Source: Pseudomonadota bacterium (GTDB lineage: Bacteria > Pseudomonadota > Alphaproteobacteria > Rhodobacterales > Rhodobacteraceae). From it: a stretch of DNA of 64,000 nt. The stretch is from contig JBCDAV010000014.1 in NCBI GenBank assembly GCA_039184865.1, positions 21,549 through 85,548 on the forward strand, in the 5' to 3' direction. The notes under the pieces were generated by a model, which saw nothing but the letters and a program-made list of their open reading frames with translations, made no database searches and had not been told where the DNA came from. Positions 26,458 to 36,539 of the stretch are shown piece by piece. The translations under genes and the position numbers were made by a program. How positions within the stretch are numbered: position 1 is the first letter of the stretch; each line of letters starts with the position of its first letter.

Positions 26458-28185
26458 CTAGGCCGCACCCGCGAATTGCGCCGACATGGCATCCCGCGCG
26501 TCATCGGTGATCTTGTTGAACATGTTCTCCGGCACCGAGAAGGCATGGCCGGGCTGCAGGGCCTCCATCGCCGCGGCGACATCGTCCGGCCACGGCGTGT
26601 CGCCCGGCAGGTTCAGGGCGCGCAAACCGTCCTCGCAGGTGTTCGGAATGAACGGCTGGGACAGAACCATGTAGAGCCGCGTCAGGTTCAACGCGCAACG
26701 GATGATCGCGCCGGCGCGCTCGGGATCGGTCTTGAAGACCGCCCAGGGCTCCTGAACCTGCAGGTATTCGTTGCCGATCACCCAGATCGCGCGGAGCTCG
26801 GCCGCGGCCTTGCGAACCTCGAACTCCTCCCAGTGCTGCGCATAGGCCGCCACGCGTTGCGCCAAGTCGGCGATCAACGCCTGCTCGGCGTCGCCATAGT
26901 CGCCCTCGGGCACCGCTTCACCGAATTTCGAGCGGCAGAACTTGGTGACGCGGCTGACGAAGTTGCCCAGCACGTCGGCGAGATCCTTGTTCACGCCGGT
27001 CTGGAAGCTCTCCCAGGTGAAGTCGCTGTCTGAGCCTTCCGGCGCGTTCGAGAGCAGCCACCAGCGCCAGTAGTCCGCCGGCAGGATATCGAGCGCCTGA
27101 TCCATGAAGACGCCGCGCCCCTGAGAGGTCGAGAACTTGCCGCCTTCATAGTTCAGCCAGTTGAACGACTTGATGAAGTCCACGAGCTTCCACGGCTCGG
27201 CCCCGTCCTGGTTCGCGCCCATGCAGGTCGCCGGGAACGACAGTGTGTGGAACGGCACATTGTCCTTGCCCATGACCTGAACATAGCGGACGTCAGCAGC
27301 CCCCAGATCTTCCCGCCACCAGCGCTGCCAGGCAGAATCGTCCTGCCCGGTCGCGTCGGCCCACTCTGCCGTTGCCGCGATGTATTCGATCGGCGCATCG
27401 AACCAGACATAGAAGACCTTGCCCTCCATGCCCGGCCAGTCCTCGGCTCCGCGCCGCACCGGAATGCCCCAGTCCAGATCGCGCGTGATGCCACGATCCT
27501 GCAATCCGTCGCCGTCATGTAGCCACTTCTTGGCGATGGAGGTCGACAGGACGGGCCAGTCGGTCTTTGTGTCGATCCAGGCGTCCAGACGGTCCTTCAT
27601 CGCCGACTGGCGCAGGTAGAGATGCTTGGTCTCGCGCGGTTCCAGATCCGTCGAACCGGAGATCGTCGAGCGTGGATTGATCAGGTCGGTCGGGTCGAGC
27701 TGCTTGGTGCAGTTCTCGCACTGATCGCCGCGAGCCCGCTCGTACCCGCAGTTCGGGCACGTACCCTCGATGTAGCGGTCGGGCAGGAAACGCCCGTCCG
27801 CATGAGAATACACCTGCTGCTCGGTGATCTCCTCGATCAGCCCGGCATCTGCGAGCCGGCCGGCCATGTGCTGGGTCAGCACGTGGTTGCGCTCGGACGA
27901 CGAGCGGCCGAAAAAGTCGAAGGACATGGCGAAGCCGTCCGCCAGATCTTTCTGGACCTTCCAGAGCCGCGCGCAATACTCGGCGACAGGCTCGCCTTCC
28001 TTCGCCGCGGCCAGTTCTGCGGGCGTGCCGTGCTCGTCGGTCGCGCAAATCAGCAGGACCTCGTGGCCGCGCAGGCGCATGTAGCGGGCATAGGCGTCCG
28101 AGGGCAACTGGCTACCGACCAGATTGCCGAGATGCTTGACCCCGTTGATGTACGGGAGCGCCGATGTGATCAGGATGCGCGCCAT
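26458..28185 (-). CDS. metG: Methionine--tRNA ligase
   Basis: [10 protein letters not shown]...HLGN (HIGH-like), ICATDEHG, Zn-knuckle CPNC...CENC, GKFSTS (KMSKS-like), [10 protein letters not shown]. Confidence 0.98.
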   Translation of the reverse strand: MARILITSALPYINGVKHLGNLVGSQLPSDAYARYMRLRGHEVLLICATDEHGTPAELAAAKEGEPVAEYCARLWKVQKDLADGFAMSFDFFGRSSSERNHVLTQHMAGRLADAGLIEEITEQQVYSHADGRFLPDRYIEGTCPNCGYERARGDQCENCTKQLDPTDLINPRSTISGSTDLEPRETKHLYLRQSAMKDRLDAWIDTKTDWPVLSTSIAKKWLHDGDGLQDRGITRDLDWGIPVRRGAEDWPGMEGKVFYVWFDAPIEYIAATAEWADATGQDDSAWQRWWREDLGAADVRYVQVMGKDNVPFHTLSFPATCMGANQDGAEPWKLVDFIKSFNWLNYEGGKFSTSQGRGVFMDQALDILPADYWRWWLLSNAPEGSDSDFTWESFQTGVNKDLADVLGNFVSRVTKFCRSKFGEAVPEGDYGDAEQALIADLAQRVAAYAQHWEEFEVRKAAAELRAIWVIGNEYLQVQEPWAVFKTDPERAGAIIRCALNLTRLYMVLSQPFIPNTCEDGLRALNLPGDTPWPDDVAAAMEALQPGHAFSVPENMFNKITDDARDAMSAQFAGAA

Positions 28186-28256
28186 GCTGGCCTCCGAAAG
28201 CGGACGCGCTCTCTATATGGGAACACCCCCCACCGTCAATTGCGACGCGCCCGTCT

Positions 28257-28282
28257 CGCGGCATCGGTGCGCGGCATCGGTG
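28257..28282. repeat. Perfect 13-bp tandem direct repeat CGCGGCATCGGTG x2
   Basis: Read directly in the divergent metG / HTTM intergenic region. Confidence 0.7.
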
Positions 28283-28355
28283 GATCATACTTCCGCCATG
28301 CTTGTGCAAGAGCAACCGGCGACGTAGGTCACAGCTTTAGACAAGGGACGGAACT

Positions 28356-30212
28356 GTGGCACAGGCGCTCGACATCGACCGAAACGACGGCACGCTCGCC
28401 GGGCGCGTGCGTACGCTGTTCTCGATCGACGTGAGATCGCTCGCCGCGATGCGCGTGCTGCTCGGCATCACCGTCGTCTACTGCCTGTTGATGATCTTCC
28501 CGGATCTGCGCTGGTTCTACACCGACCAGGGATTTCTCACGCGGGCCGAGGCGCTGTCCGACACGCCATACGCCAAGGCGTCGCTCCTGTTCTTCAACGG
28601 CAGCTACACCTTTGCGGTCGTGCTCTGGGTCCTCGCGCTGCTGGCGGCGGCGTCCTTCATGGTCGGGTTTCGAGCGCGGCTTTCCGCGCTGCTCTGCTGG
28701 ATCCTCTACATGTCGTTCGTCGGCCGCAATCCGCTGGTCGGACAGGGCGGCGATGCGCTGATCCTGCTGTTGCTGTTCTGGTCGATGTTCCTTCCGGTCG
28801 GCCGCGCATTCTCGATCGATGCGGCCTTGTCGGACAATCCGCGCCCGAGCGGAAAGGACAGAGAGGTCTGCTCGGTCGCGACCGTCGGCCTGCTCCTCCA
28901 GGTTCTCTACGTCTACGTCTTCGGCGCCCTCCTGAAGACCGGCCCGCAATGGATGCCGGACGGCAGCGCGGTCTACTTCGCGCTGCATCTCGACACCTTC
29001 GCGACCGAACTTTCGATGTGGTTCCGCCAGTTCTTCGCGCCGACCCAGATCCTGACCTACTTCGTCTTCTGGCTGGAACTGCTCGCCCCCGTCCTGCTGT
29101 TCTTCCCGGACAAGCGGATGCTGGTCCGCACGGCCACACTGGCCCTGCTGATTGCCATGCACCTGGGCTTCCGCGTCTTCATCCGCATCGGGCATTTCTG
29201 GATGGCGAGCCTGTCGTCGCTGTGCACATACATCCCGGGCTGGGTCTGGGACTGGATCGAGGCGCGGTACTGGACCGACGGTCAGCGCTCGATCGAGATC
29301 TACTACGACCGCGATTGCGGCTTCTGCCGGAAGGTCGCCCTGATCCTGCGGGAGTTCTTCCTGCCCATCAGCGTCCCGATCCGCCCGGCGCAGGATTTCG
29401 GCCCCATCGGTGAGGTGTTGGAGCGCGAGGTGAGCTGGGTCGTCATTGATCACACGGGCAAACAAAGGCTGCACTGGGATGCGGTCGCTTATGTGATGTG
29501 TCAGTCTTGGTGCCTGTTGCCGCTCGGCTGGATCGCCGTCGCGGTCGGCAAGATCGGCGTCGGGAAGTTCCTCTACGACAGGATCGGCGCGAACCGGAGA
29601 CCGCTTGGCAGGCTGACCGCGTGGCTGACCCCCGAGACGGGAATCGATGCCCGGCTGGGCGGCGTGACGCGGGCGGGCCTATGCGCCGTGATCGCGGTCT
29701 GCTTCATCTGGAACTTCGACATGATGTCGGGCCAGACCCGCGTCGAGGTTTTGAAGGGAAGCCCGCTCGAACGTCCGATGGCCTTTCTTGGTCTGACCCA
29801 GCGCTGGGGCATGTTCGCCCCGTTTCCTGCGACGGATGAGGGATACATCATCGCCGAAACGATGACCGAGAACGGCGATCATCTGGACGTCGCGCATCGT
29901 CAGCCGGTGCCTTATGTCGACGGTGCGCCGGAAAACCTTTTCTCGCACTTCTCGAATTATCGCTGGCGGCGCTACCAGAACCGCGTGATCCTTTTCGAGA
30001 ACAAGGAGCGGTTCAAGCAGCTATCGCGATTTGCCCGGGCCGCGTGCGCGCTCCACAACCGTGGGCGCGGCGAGGGCGAACGGATCGTGCAGATGTCGAT
30101 CCGCGCCCCGATGAAGCGCCAGTACCTCGACTTTCAGCAGGAGCACATCGTCGCCGACTTCGGCGCATGGAACTGCGTCTTCCCGAACACGGAAGCCCCG
30201 AGCACCGGATAA
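28356..30212 (+). CDS. HTTM-domain membrane protein with inserted DCC1-like thiol-disulfide domain
   Basis: FSIDVRSLAAMR, LFWSMFLP, LLKTGPQW and LGLTQRWGMFAP HTTM-family motifs; internal YYDRDCGFC (DxxCxxC) with SWVVID...HWDAV of the DCC/DUF393 type. Confidence 0.85.
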   Translation: MAQALDIDRNDGTLAGRVRTLFSIDVRSLAAMRVLLGITVVYCLLMIFPDLRWFYTDQGFLTRAEALSDTPYAKASLLFFNGSYTFAVVLWVLALLAAASFMVGFRARLSALLCWILYMSFVGRNPLVGQGGDALILLLLFWSMFLPVGRAFSIDAALSDNPRPSGKDREVCSVATVGLLLQVLYVYVFGALLKTGPQWMPDGSAVYFALHLDTFATELSMWFRQFFAPTQILTYFVFWLELLAPVLLFFPDKRMLVRTATLALLIAMHLGFRVFIRIGHFWMASLSSLCTYIPGWVWDWIEARYWTDGQRSIEIYYDRDCGFCRKVALILREFFLPISVPIRPAQDFGPIGEVLEREVSWVVIDHTGKQRLHWDAVAYVMCQSWCLLPLGWIAVAVGKIGVGKFLYDRIGANRRPLGRLTAWLTPETGIDARLGGVTRAGLCAVIAVCFIWNFDMMSGQTRVEVLKGSPLERPMAFLGLTQRWGMFAPFPATDEGYIIAETMTENGDHLDVAHRQPVPYVDGAPENLFSHFSNYRWRRYQNRVILFENKERFKQLSRFARAACALHNRGRGEGERIVQMSIRAPMKRQYLDFQQEHIVADFGAWNCVFPNTEAPSTG

Positions 30213-30293
30213 AGCGCGTCCGGAAGACATCGGACAGGTTGAACAACGCCTCTCTGCACTGCAACATGACCTGAAACCATCACGGCGAGGTTC

Positions 30294-32060
30294 ATGGCCG
30301 TAAGCTCCGGAGTAGATCCGTTACTGGTGGACGCAGCGACCTACCTCGCCGCGGCCGTCATCGCCGTGCCCGTCTTCAAACGGCTGAAGCTCGGATCTGT
30401 CGTCGGATATCTCGTCGCCGGTGCAATCATCGGACCCTCCGGCGTCGGGCTGATCGAGGAAGCGCAGTCGGCGCTCAGCTTTGCCGAGTTCGGGGTCGTG
30501 CTGCTGTTGTTCGTGATCGGGCTCGAGCTGCAGCCCGCGCGGCTCTGGCGCCTGCGGACGGAAATCTTCGGGCTCGGTCTCTTGCAGGTCGCGATCACGA
30601 TGATCGTCCTCGCGGTTCTGCTCGGCGGTGTCGGGCCGTTCGTGACAAACTCGGCGATCGCGATCGGCGGCGCGCTGGCGCTTTCCTCGACGGCGTTCGC
30701 GATCCAGATCCTGCGCGAACGCGGCGATCTGACCACGCCCTGGGGCGACAGGGCCTTCTCGATCCTGCTGTTCCAGGATCTCGCGATCGTCCCTTTGCTG
30801 GCGCTTGTGTCGCTGCTCTCGCCGTGGGGCGGCGGCGGCGCAAGTTTCACCCTGTCCCAGATCGCCATCGGCCTCGGCGCGATCTGCGGGCTCGTCGTGG
30901 TCGGGCACTACCTGCTTCGCCCGCTCTTTCACATTCTCGCGGCAACCAAATCCGACGAGATCTTCACGGCAGCGGCGCTTCTCGTGGTGATCGGTTCGGC
31001 TATCGCGATGCAGGTCGCGGGTCTCTCCATGGCGCTCGGCGCCTTTCTCGCTGGTGTCCTGCTGGCCGAAAGCGAGTTCCGCCACCAGCTTGAGTCGGAT
31101 ATCGAGCCGTTCCGCGGTCTGCTGCTCGGCCTTCTGTTCATCGCAATCGGCGCGACGGTGTCGCTCAATGCGGTGGCCGAGAACTGGACGATTGTGCTTC
31201 TCGGCGCGCTCGGTCTGGTCGCTCTGAAGTTCTCACTGTTGTTCGGTCTCTGCCGCGTCTTCGGATCGCCGAATGCAGACGCCCTACGGATCTCGAGCGT
31301 TCTGAGCCAGGGCGGCGAGTTCGGCTTCGTCCTGTTCACCGTGGCGATGGGCGTCGGGTTGATCACCCAGCGCGAATCGAACCTCCTGACCGCCATCGTG
31401 ACCGTGACCATGGCCATGACACCAATCGCGATGCTGCTGGCCGACCGGTTCCTACGTCAGGGCAGCGACGACATGAGCGAGATCGACCTTGCCGAGCACG
31501 CCGAGGCCGCACCCGTGATCGTCGTTGGGTTCGGCCGCTTCGGTCAGGTCATCGCGCGGATCCTGAAACTGCGCGGCTACGAGGTGACCCTGATCGACAG
31601 CTCGGCCGAACGCATCCGCATTGCCCGCACGTTCGACAACAAGGTGTTCTTCGGCGACGTCGCCCGCGGCGACATCCTGCGCATCGCCGGCGCCGACCAG
31701 GCGCGCGCGATCTTCCTCTGCGCCGACGAGCACGCCTCCGTCGTGCAGGCCACGCGCATGCTGCGCGAACGCTTTCCGCACGTCCTGATCTTTGCGCGCG
31801 CGCATGACCGGGTCGCCAAGGTCGAACTGCGCAAGGCGGGCGCGGACGTGGTCATCCGCGAGATGTTCGAATCCAGCGTGGCGATGGCGCGCGAGGCGCT
31901 GGATCGGTTCGGAGACGGCGAGATTGCCGAGGAGATCGTCGAGGAGTTTCGTCGACGCGACGCCGAGCTACTGCGGCTGCAGAGCGAATTCGGCTCCGAA
32001 AAGGGCTATGAGAAAATGCGCGAGGAGTTCGATCTGCAGAATGAGAACGCCACGACCTGA
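30294..32060 (+). CDS. CPA2 monovalent cation:proton antiporter, KefC/KefB-like with KTN domain
   Basis: AEFGVVLLLFVIGLEL, ALSSTA, LLFQDLA, LAESEFRHQLE, SQGGEFGFV; C-terminal GFGRFGQ Rossmann domain. Confidence 0.95.
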   Translation: MAVSSGVDPLLVDAATYLAAAVIAVPVFKRLKLGSVVGYLVAGAIIGPSGVGLIEEAQSALSFAEFGVVLLLFVIGLELQPARLWRLRTEIFGLGLLQVAITMIVLAVLLGGVGPFVTNSAIAIGGALALSSTAFAIQILRERGDLTTPWGDRAFSILLFQDLAIVPLLALVSLLSPWGGGGASFTLSQIAIGLGAICGLVVVGHYLLRPLFHILAATKSDEIFTAAALLVVIGSAIAMQVAGLSMALGAFLAGVLLAESEFRHQLESDIEPFRGLLLGLLFIAIGATVSLNAVAENWTIVLLGALGLVALKFSLLFGLCRVFGSPNADALRISSVLSQGGEFGFVLFTVAMGVGLITQRESNLLTAIVTVTMAMTPIAMLLADRFLRQGSDDMSEIDLAEHAEAAPVIVVGFGRFGQVIARILKLRGYEVTLIDSSAERIRIARTFDNKVFFGDVARGDILRIAGADQARAIFLCADEHASVVQATRMLRERFPHVLIFARAHDRVAKVELRKAGADVVIREMFESSVAMAREALDRFGDGEIAEEIVEEFRRRDAELLRLQSEFGSEKGYEKMREEFDLQNENATT

Positions 32061-32130
32061 CGCGGCCCCAATCGTCTGGCAGGCGTCCCGTCTACTCTTG
32101 TTGAGGCACTCGGTCGCCGACGCCGGGAAA

Positions 32131-34008
32131 TCAGCGTAACACGAAATATGCCAGTGACACCCTGAGGTCACTTCCACTCAACGTCTTTGCCGCGCCCAGG
32201 TTGGCGAGAACCGACGCGGCGGGGCCGTCGAGCGCGAGCGTCCCCAGCGACGCAATGCTGTCCAGTGCCATCAGGATATGCGGCCCCGGCACGGTCGGGC
32301 GCAGAGCGGCCCGGACCTGCCCGTCCTGACGCGCCAGAGCCCTGGTGATATCGATAACATAGCCATTGGGATCGACCACCAGCAGCCAGGTTTGACGGTC
32401 GGGCCGGTCCGACATCACGATCCGCGCTGTCTCACCCGCGGACAGTGTCCTGTCGGGATCGTCGACACCGATTTCCCGCGCGCCGCGTCCCGGAAACAGC
32501 CGCGCGAACGACAGTGCCGCACATTGCGGCGGCGTGATCATCCGGCCGCCGACATTCGCCTCGATGCCGACCGATGCCTTGAACGCGCCATCGAAATCGT
32601 AGAACGGCGCGGTATCGTCCGAGAAAGCCTCGATATCTATGCGCTCGGCCGACACCTGCGACGGCTGCGCGAGAAAGCACTCCTCACCGACGAAATCCGT
32701 GAGAAAGTCGCGGACCTGATGATCGAGGGATCGCTCGGCCGAGGCCGCTGTCCCTGCCCCGCCTTGCGCGTTGAGCGCGACAACCGGCAGAAACACGCGT
32801 TGCCGTTCGCGCTCGGAACCGCGCCGCTCCGCCACGATATCGAATTCGAAGTCGCCCTGTTCGGTCGGCGTTCCGGACAGAAGACCGTTGCCGTTTCCCC
32901 GATCGACAAAGCGCAGCCCGGCTGGCAGCAGTCCGGCGATCTTGAGACCTACGGCCTGTTTCTGCGCTGCATTCAGATCGACCGTCGGTCGCCAGAAATA
33001 CGCGGTGCCGACGAACCCGTCATGGGCGCGCTGTATCCCGCCCGGAAAGATCGGCAGCCGCGCCTCTGGCTCCGGCTCGACCCCAGCGACGTCGAAGGTT
33101 TCGGCACCCTCGTCTGAAAGCACCGCGCCGCAGACCTTCGGCAGATCGTCCATCGTGAGCACACGCTTAGCAGATCGGGCCTGCTGGTTGCCCGTGGGTT
33201 GCTGAGCTTCCTCCCAGCGGCGCGTCAGACCGATCGACCGCGATTTCTGTCCGCGCGGAAACCACTTCGACAATTCGGCACCGCACCCCGTGCCGGAGGG
33301 GGGCGGTGCCTGATCGCGGCATCCGGGAGAACCCGCTGGACACGCGAGACGGACATGAAAGTGAGCATTGTGCCCATGCCAAGGGCGCACCTTGCGCAAC
33401 CACGGCGCCTCTATGCGCCCGTTGCGAGCTTTCTCCTCCCGACACATCGCCCGTTTGATCGCGGCGTTGACGAAGATCCGTGCGACGGCAGAGTCCTCGG
33501 CGGCGGCACGGATGACCTCGTGATGCGACTGGGTCCAGTACCGGTTCATCGATATGCCGTCCTTGGCGACAACGACGTGACTGCCGATGCGCTCGCGATC
33601 CTTGCGGCTCAGCTTTTCGATGCTTGGCTGTCGCAACCAGATATCGACGTCCAGACCGATCTGATGCGAGCGGTGACCGGATTTCATCGGCCCGCCGCGC
33701 GGTTGCCCGATATCGCCCACATAAAGGCGCGGCCAGCCGATCTGTTGCGCCTTCACCGAAAGCCGCTCGATGAAGGCAATCATCTCCGGATGGCCCCAGT
33801 TGCGGTTGCGGCTGAGCCGCATCGCCTGCCATCCGCTGGCTGTCTCGCGCAGTTGCATCCCGCCGGACAGGCAGCCCCGCGCATAGCTGCCGAAGGCCGC
33901 CGGTGCCGCTGCGCTGGGTGCCTTGTGCCGGCCAAACAGCGTGTGCGCGGGTTCGGCGAAGGCAGATGTCGCGATCAATGCGGCAATTGCGGCGGTGGTC
34001 CAATTCAT
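32131..34008 (-). CDS. mepA: Penicillin-insensitive murein endopeptidase MepA fused to an Ig-like domain and an uncharacterised C-terminal domain
   Basis: Signal peptide; GSYARGCLSGG, RNRNWGHP, GHRSHQIGLDVDIW and HNAHFHVRLAC give intact LAS Zn ligands; then LPAGLRF...LLSGTPTEQGDFEFDI (Ig) and about 200 further residues. Confidence 0.88.
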   Translation of the reverse strand: MNWTTAAIAALIATSAFAEPAHTLFGRHKAPSAAAPAAFGSYARGCLSGGMQLRETASGWQAMRLSRNRNWGHPEMIAFIERLSVKAQQIGWPRLYVGDIGQPRGGPMKSGHRSHQIGLDVDIWLRQPSIEKLSRKDRERIGSHVVVAKDGISMNRYWTQSHHEVIRAAAEDSAVARIFVNAAIKRAMCREEKARNGRIEAPWLRKVRPWHGHNAHFHVRLACPAGSPGCRDQAPPPSGTGCGAELSKWFPRGQKSRSIGLTRRWEEAQQPTGNQQARSAKRVLTMDDLPKVCGAVLSDEGAETFDVAGVEPEPEARLPIFPGGIQRAHDGFVGTAYFWRPTVDLNAAQKQAVGLKIAGLLPAGLRFVDRGNGNGLLSGTPTEQGDFEFDIVAERRGSERERQRVFLPVVALNAQGGAGTAASAERSLDHQVRDFLTDFVGEECFLAQPSQVSAERIDIEAFSDDTAPFYDFDGAFKASVGIEANVGGRMITPPQCAALSFARLFPGRGAREIGVDDPDRTLSAGETARIVMSDRPDRQTWLLVVDPNGYVIDITRALARQDGQVRAALRPTVPGPHILMALDSIASLGTLALDGPAASVLANLGAAKTLSGSDLRVSLAYFVLR

Positions 34009-34126
34009 CCGTGAATTCGTGCTGCTCTATCTGTGGGCGAATCTTACCCGAGCACCGGATGGCGTGCTAGTATCTGGGCGATCGTACCGCGTCGGGCGAG
34101 CGTGAACCCCGATTGGAGCCTGCACC

Positions 34127-34687
34127 ATGCCAAGAGCAATCATCGCCGGTCTGTTCGTCATGCTCGCGACCGCCTCAACCGACGCGCAGCAATCGAACTA
34201 TTCGGCGGAGGACATTGTCGAACACTTCCGGAACCAGGCGGGTTCCTCCGGCACCGCCCAGCAGACCCGAGGCGTCGTTATCGGTGCTGCGGGTTTCGGG
34301 AACAGCACGCAGTCCTCGGCGGGGACTGCTGCGACCGAGGCGCCGCCCGACCCCGGCGCCTACAACCTGATGGTCACGTTCGAGCTCAATTCGGACCGCC
34401 TGACACCGATTGCGCGCAGCAATCTCGACGAGTTTGCCAAGGCGCTGAGGGCTCCGGACCTCGCCTCGCTGCGTTTCGCGGTGGACGGGCACACGGACTC
34501 GAGCGGGTCGGACACCTACAATTTCGGTCTCAGCGCCCGCAGAGCAGATGCGGTCGTGCGGTATCTGACGCGCAACGGGATCGACGGCAGCCGGCTCGAG
34601 GCACGCGGGTTTGGCGAAACGCGGCCGGTCAATGCAGACCCCCGCCATCCGAGCAACAGACGGGTCGAGACGCGGCTGATCAGATAG
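34127..34687 (+). CDS. Secreted OmpA-like peptidoglycan-binding domain protein
   Basis: Signal peptide; VTFELNSDRLT, DGHTDSSGSDTYNFGLSARRA, NRRVE. Confidence 0.92.
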   Translation: MPRAIIAGLFVMLATASTDAQQSNYSAEDIVEHFRNQAGSSGTAQQTRGVVIGAAGFGNSTQSSAGTAATEAPPDPGAYNLMVTFELNSDRLTPIARSNLDEFAKALRAPDLASLRFAVDGHTDSSGSDTYNFGLSARRADAVVRYLTRNGIDGSRLEARGFGETRPVNADPRHPSNRRVETRLIR

Positions 34688-34888
34688 ACGTTTCCGCGCC
34701 GGTTCGCCAAGGTCGGGGCAATCGAGGCAACGGGGGCAGGTGTCGATGCCGCAGTGCGAAGAAATTTGTGCACTGCATTGACGCGGCGGGGAATCGCTGC
34801 GTAGGGTTTTTACCAACAAGACAAAAAATCGAGCAGGCGACGAGACCGCAGTGTCTGAATGGCACCGCGTTGCGGGGGAGAATGACCG

Positions 34889-36508
34889 TTGACCTGGTTC
34901 GTCACACTCGTTGTGATCCTGATCGCAGCGATCCTGCTCATCCTGTTTCTGAACCGATACTATCGCAAGGCCACGCGCGAGGTCGCGCTGGTCCGGACGG
35001 GCTCCGGCGGGCAACTCGTGGTGCTCGATGGCGGCTGCATCGCGGTGCCGTTCCTCCACAAGGTCTCCGAGATCAACATGCGCACGACCAAGCTCGAGAT
35101 CGAGCGCGTCGGGCCGAAATCGGTGATCACGAAGGACCGCTTGCGGGTCGATGTCGGCGCAGAGTTCTATGTCCGCGTCGAGGCCACGGATGACGGTGTC
35201 GCAACTGCGGCGCAGGCGCTGGCCGGCAAGACGTTTCGGGCATCCGAACTCGCCGACACGCTGGAAGGCAAGCTGGTCGATGCGGTGCTCTCGGTTGCCG
35301 CCGGCTACACGATGGACACCCTGCAGGACGAGCGTGGAAAGTACACGGCCGCCGTCGCGAACGAACTGAAAGACGATCTCGCGCAGAACGGTCTCGTCCT
35401 CGAAAGCGTCTCTTTGACCCGCCTCGACCAGACCCCGTTCCAGGCGCTGGATGAGAACAACGCCTTCAACGCGCTTGGTATGCGGCGCCTCGCCGAGATC
35501 ATCGCGACGAACAAGAAGGAACGCGCGGAGATCGAGGCCGACGCCGAGGTTTCCGTGCGCCAATCTGAATTGGACGCGACCAAACGGAAACTGGTGATCA
35601 GCCAGGAGGAGGAGGAAGCGGTCATCGCCCAACAGCGCGAGATCGAAACCTCGCGCGCCAAGAGCCAGGCCGACATCGCCGAGGAACAGGCGACCTCCGA
35701 GAAACGCCGGGAAGCCGCACGCATCGAGCGCGAGCGCGAGACCCGGATGTCCGAGATCGAAAAGGACCGGGCGCTGCGAAAACAGCAGCTTGAGGCCGAA
35801 CTGGCCACGGAAAGCGCAAAGTCAGAGAACGTGGTCAAGCTCGCCGCGAAACGGATCGAGCAGGCCGTCGCCGAAGCCGAGGCGCAGCGCGCGCGAACGC
35901 AGGAGGTCGAGGCGGAAACGCAGGTCGAGACGACCCGTCAGACCGCAGAGGCCGAGCGCGCGAAAGAGATCGCCCTGATCCGCGCGCGCGAACAGGCCGA
36001 GGTCGACGATACCCGCGTGGCATCCGAGGCCGGAACGATCGTCTCGATGGCCGAAGCGCAGGCCAAGGCGACGCTGGAGCAGGCCGAGGCGGCAAAGAAT
36101 GAACTGCTGTCGCGCGCCGAGGGCACCGCCGCGCTGATCGCTGCCGAGAACGCGCAATCGGCCGAGCTGATGAAGCTCAAGCTCGATCAGGATCGCCTGC
36201 GCACCTTGCCGGGCGTCGTCGAACGGCTGATGAAGCCCGCCGAGAAGATCGAGACGATCCGGATCAACCAGATCTCCGGTCTTGGAAATTCCGGTGGCAC
36301 CGCTGGCGAAAGCGGCGACAAATCCGCGATCAATCAGGCGGTCGACGGCGTGCTGAACATGGCGCTGCAGCTTCCGGCCGTGAAGAAGCTCGGCGAGGAG
36401 GTCGGCCTGAATGTCGGCGGCGGCCTCGACGGCATCACGAAATCGCTGACGGACGCCCCGGAGACGGGCGACGGCGCACCGAACAAGGACACGTCGCAGG
36501 ATACGTGA
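34889..36508 (+). CDS. Flotillin family (SPFH/band 7) protein
   Basis: N-terminal TM, SPFH domain (ITKDRLRVDVGAEFYVRV; LESVSLTRLDQT), FNALGMRRL, long AEA-rich coiled coil, EKIETIRI tail; TTG start 8 nt after GGGGAG. Confidence 0.93.
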   Translation: MTWFVTLVVILIAAILLILFLNRYYRKATREVALVRTGSGGQLVVLDGGCIAVPFLHKVSEINMRTTKLEIERVGPKSVITKDRLRVDVGAEFYVRVEATDDGVATAAQALAGKTFRASELADTLEGKLVDAVLSVAAGYTMDTLQDERGKYTAAVANELKDDLAQNGLVLESVSLTRLDQTPFQALDENNAFNALGMRRLAEIIATNKKERAEIEADAEVSVRQSELDATKRKLVISQEEEEAVIAQQREIETSRAKSQADIAEEQATSEKRREAARIERERETRMSEIEKDRALRKQQLEAELATESAKSENVVKLAAKRIEQAVAEAEAQRARTQEVEAETQVETTRQTAEAERAKEIALIRAREQAEVDDTRVASEAGTIVSMAEAQAKATLEQAEAAKNELLSRAEGTAALIAAENAQSAELMKLKLDQDRLRTLPGVVERLMKPAEKIETIRINQISGLGNSGGTAGESGDKSAINQAVDGVLNMALQLPAVKKLGEEVGLNVGGGLDGITKSLTDAPETGDGAPNKDTSQDT

Positions 36509-36539
36509 CGGTCAACGATCGACAGACAGGAGAGAACTC

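Noticed and set aside
34860-34873. TGGCAC-CGCG-TTGC sigma-54-like promoter before the flotillin
   Set aside because: GG-to-GC spacing is 9 nt, whereas sigma-54 needs 10; it also abuts the RBS.
34882-34891. Out-of-frame ATG just before the flotillin TTG, suggesting a frameshifted start
   Set aside because: The ATG is only 1 nt from the SD, while the TTG is at an optimal 8 nt; no frameshift is needed.
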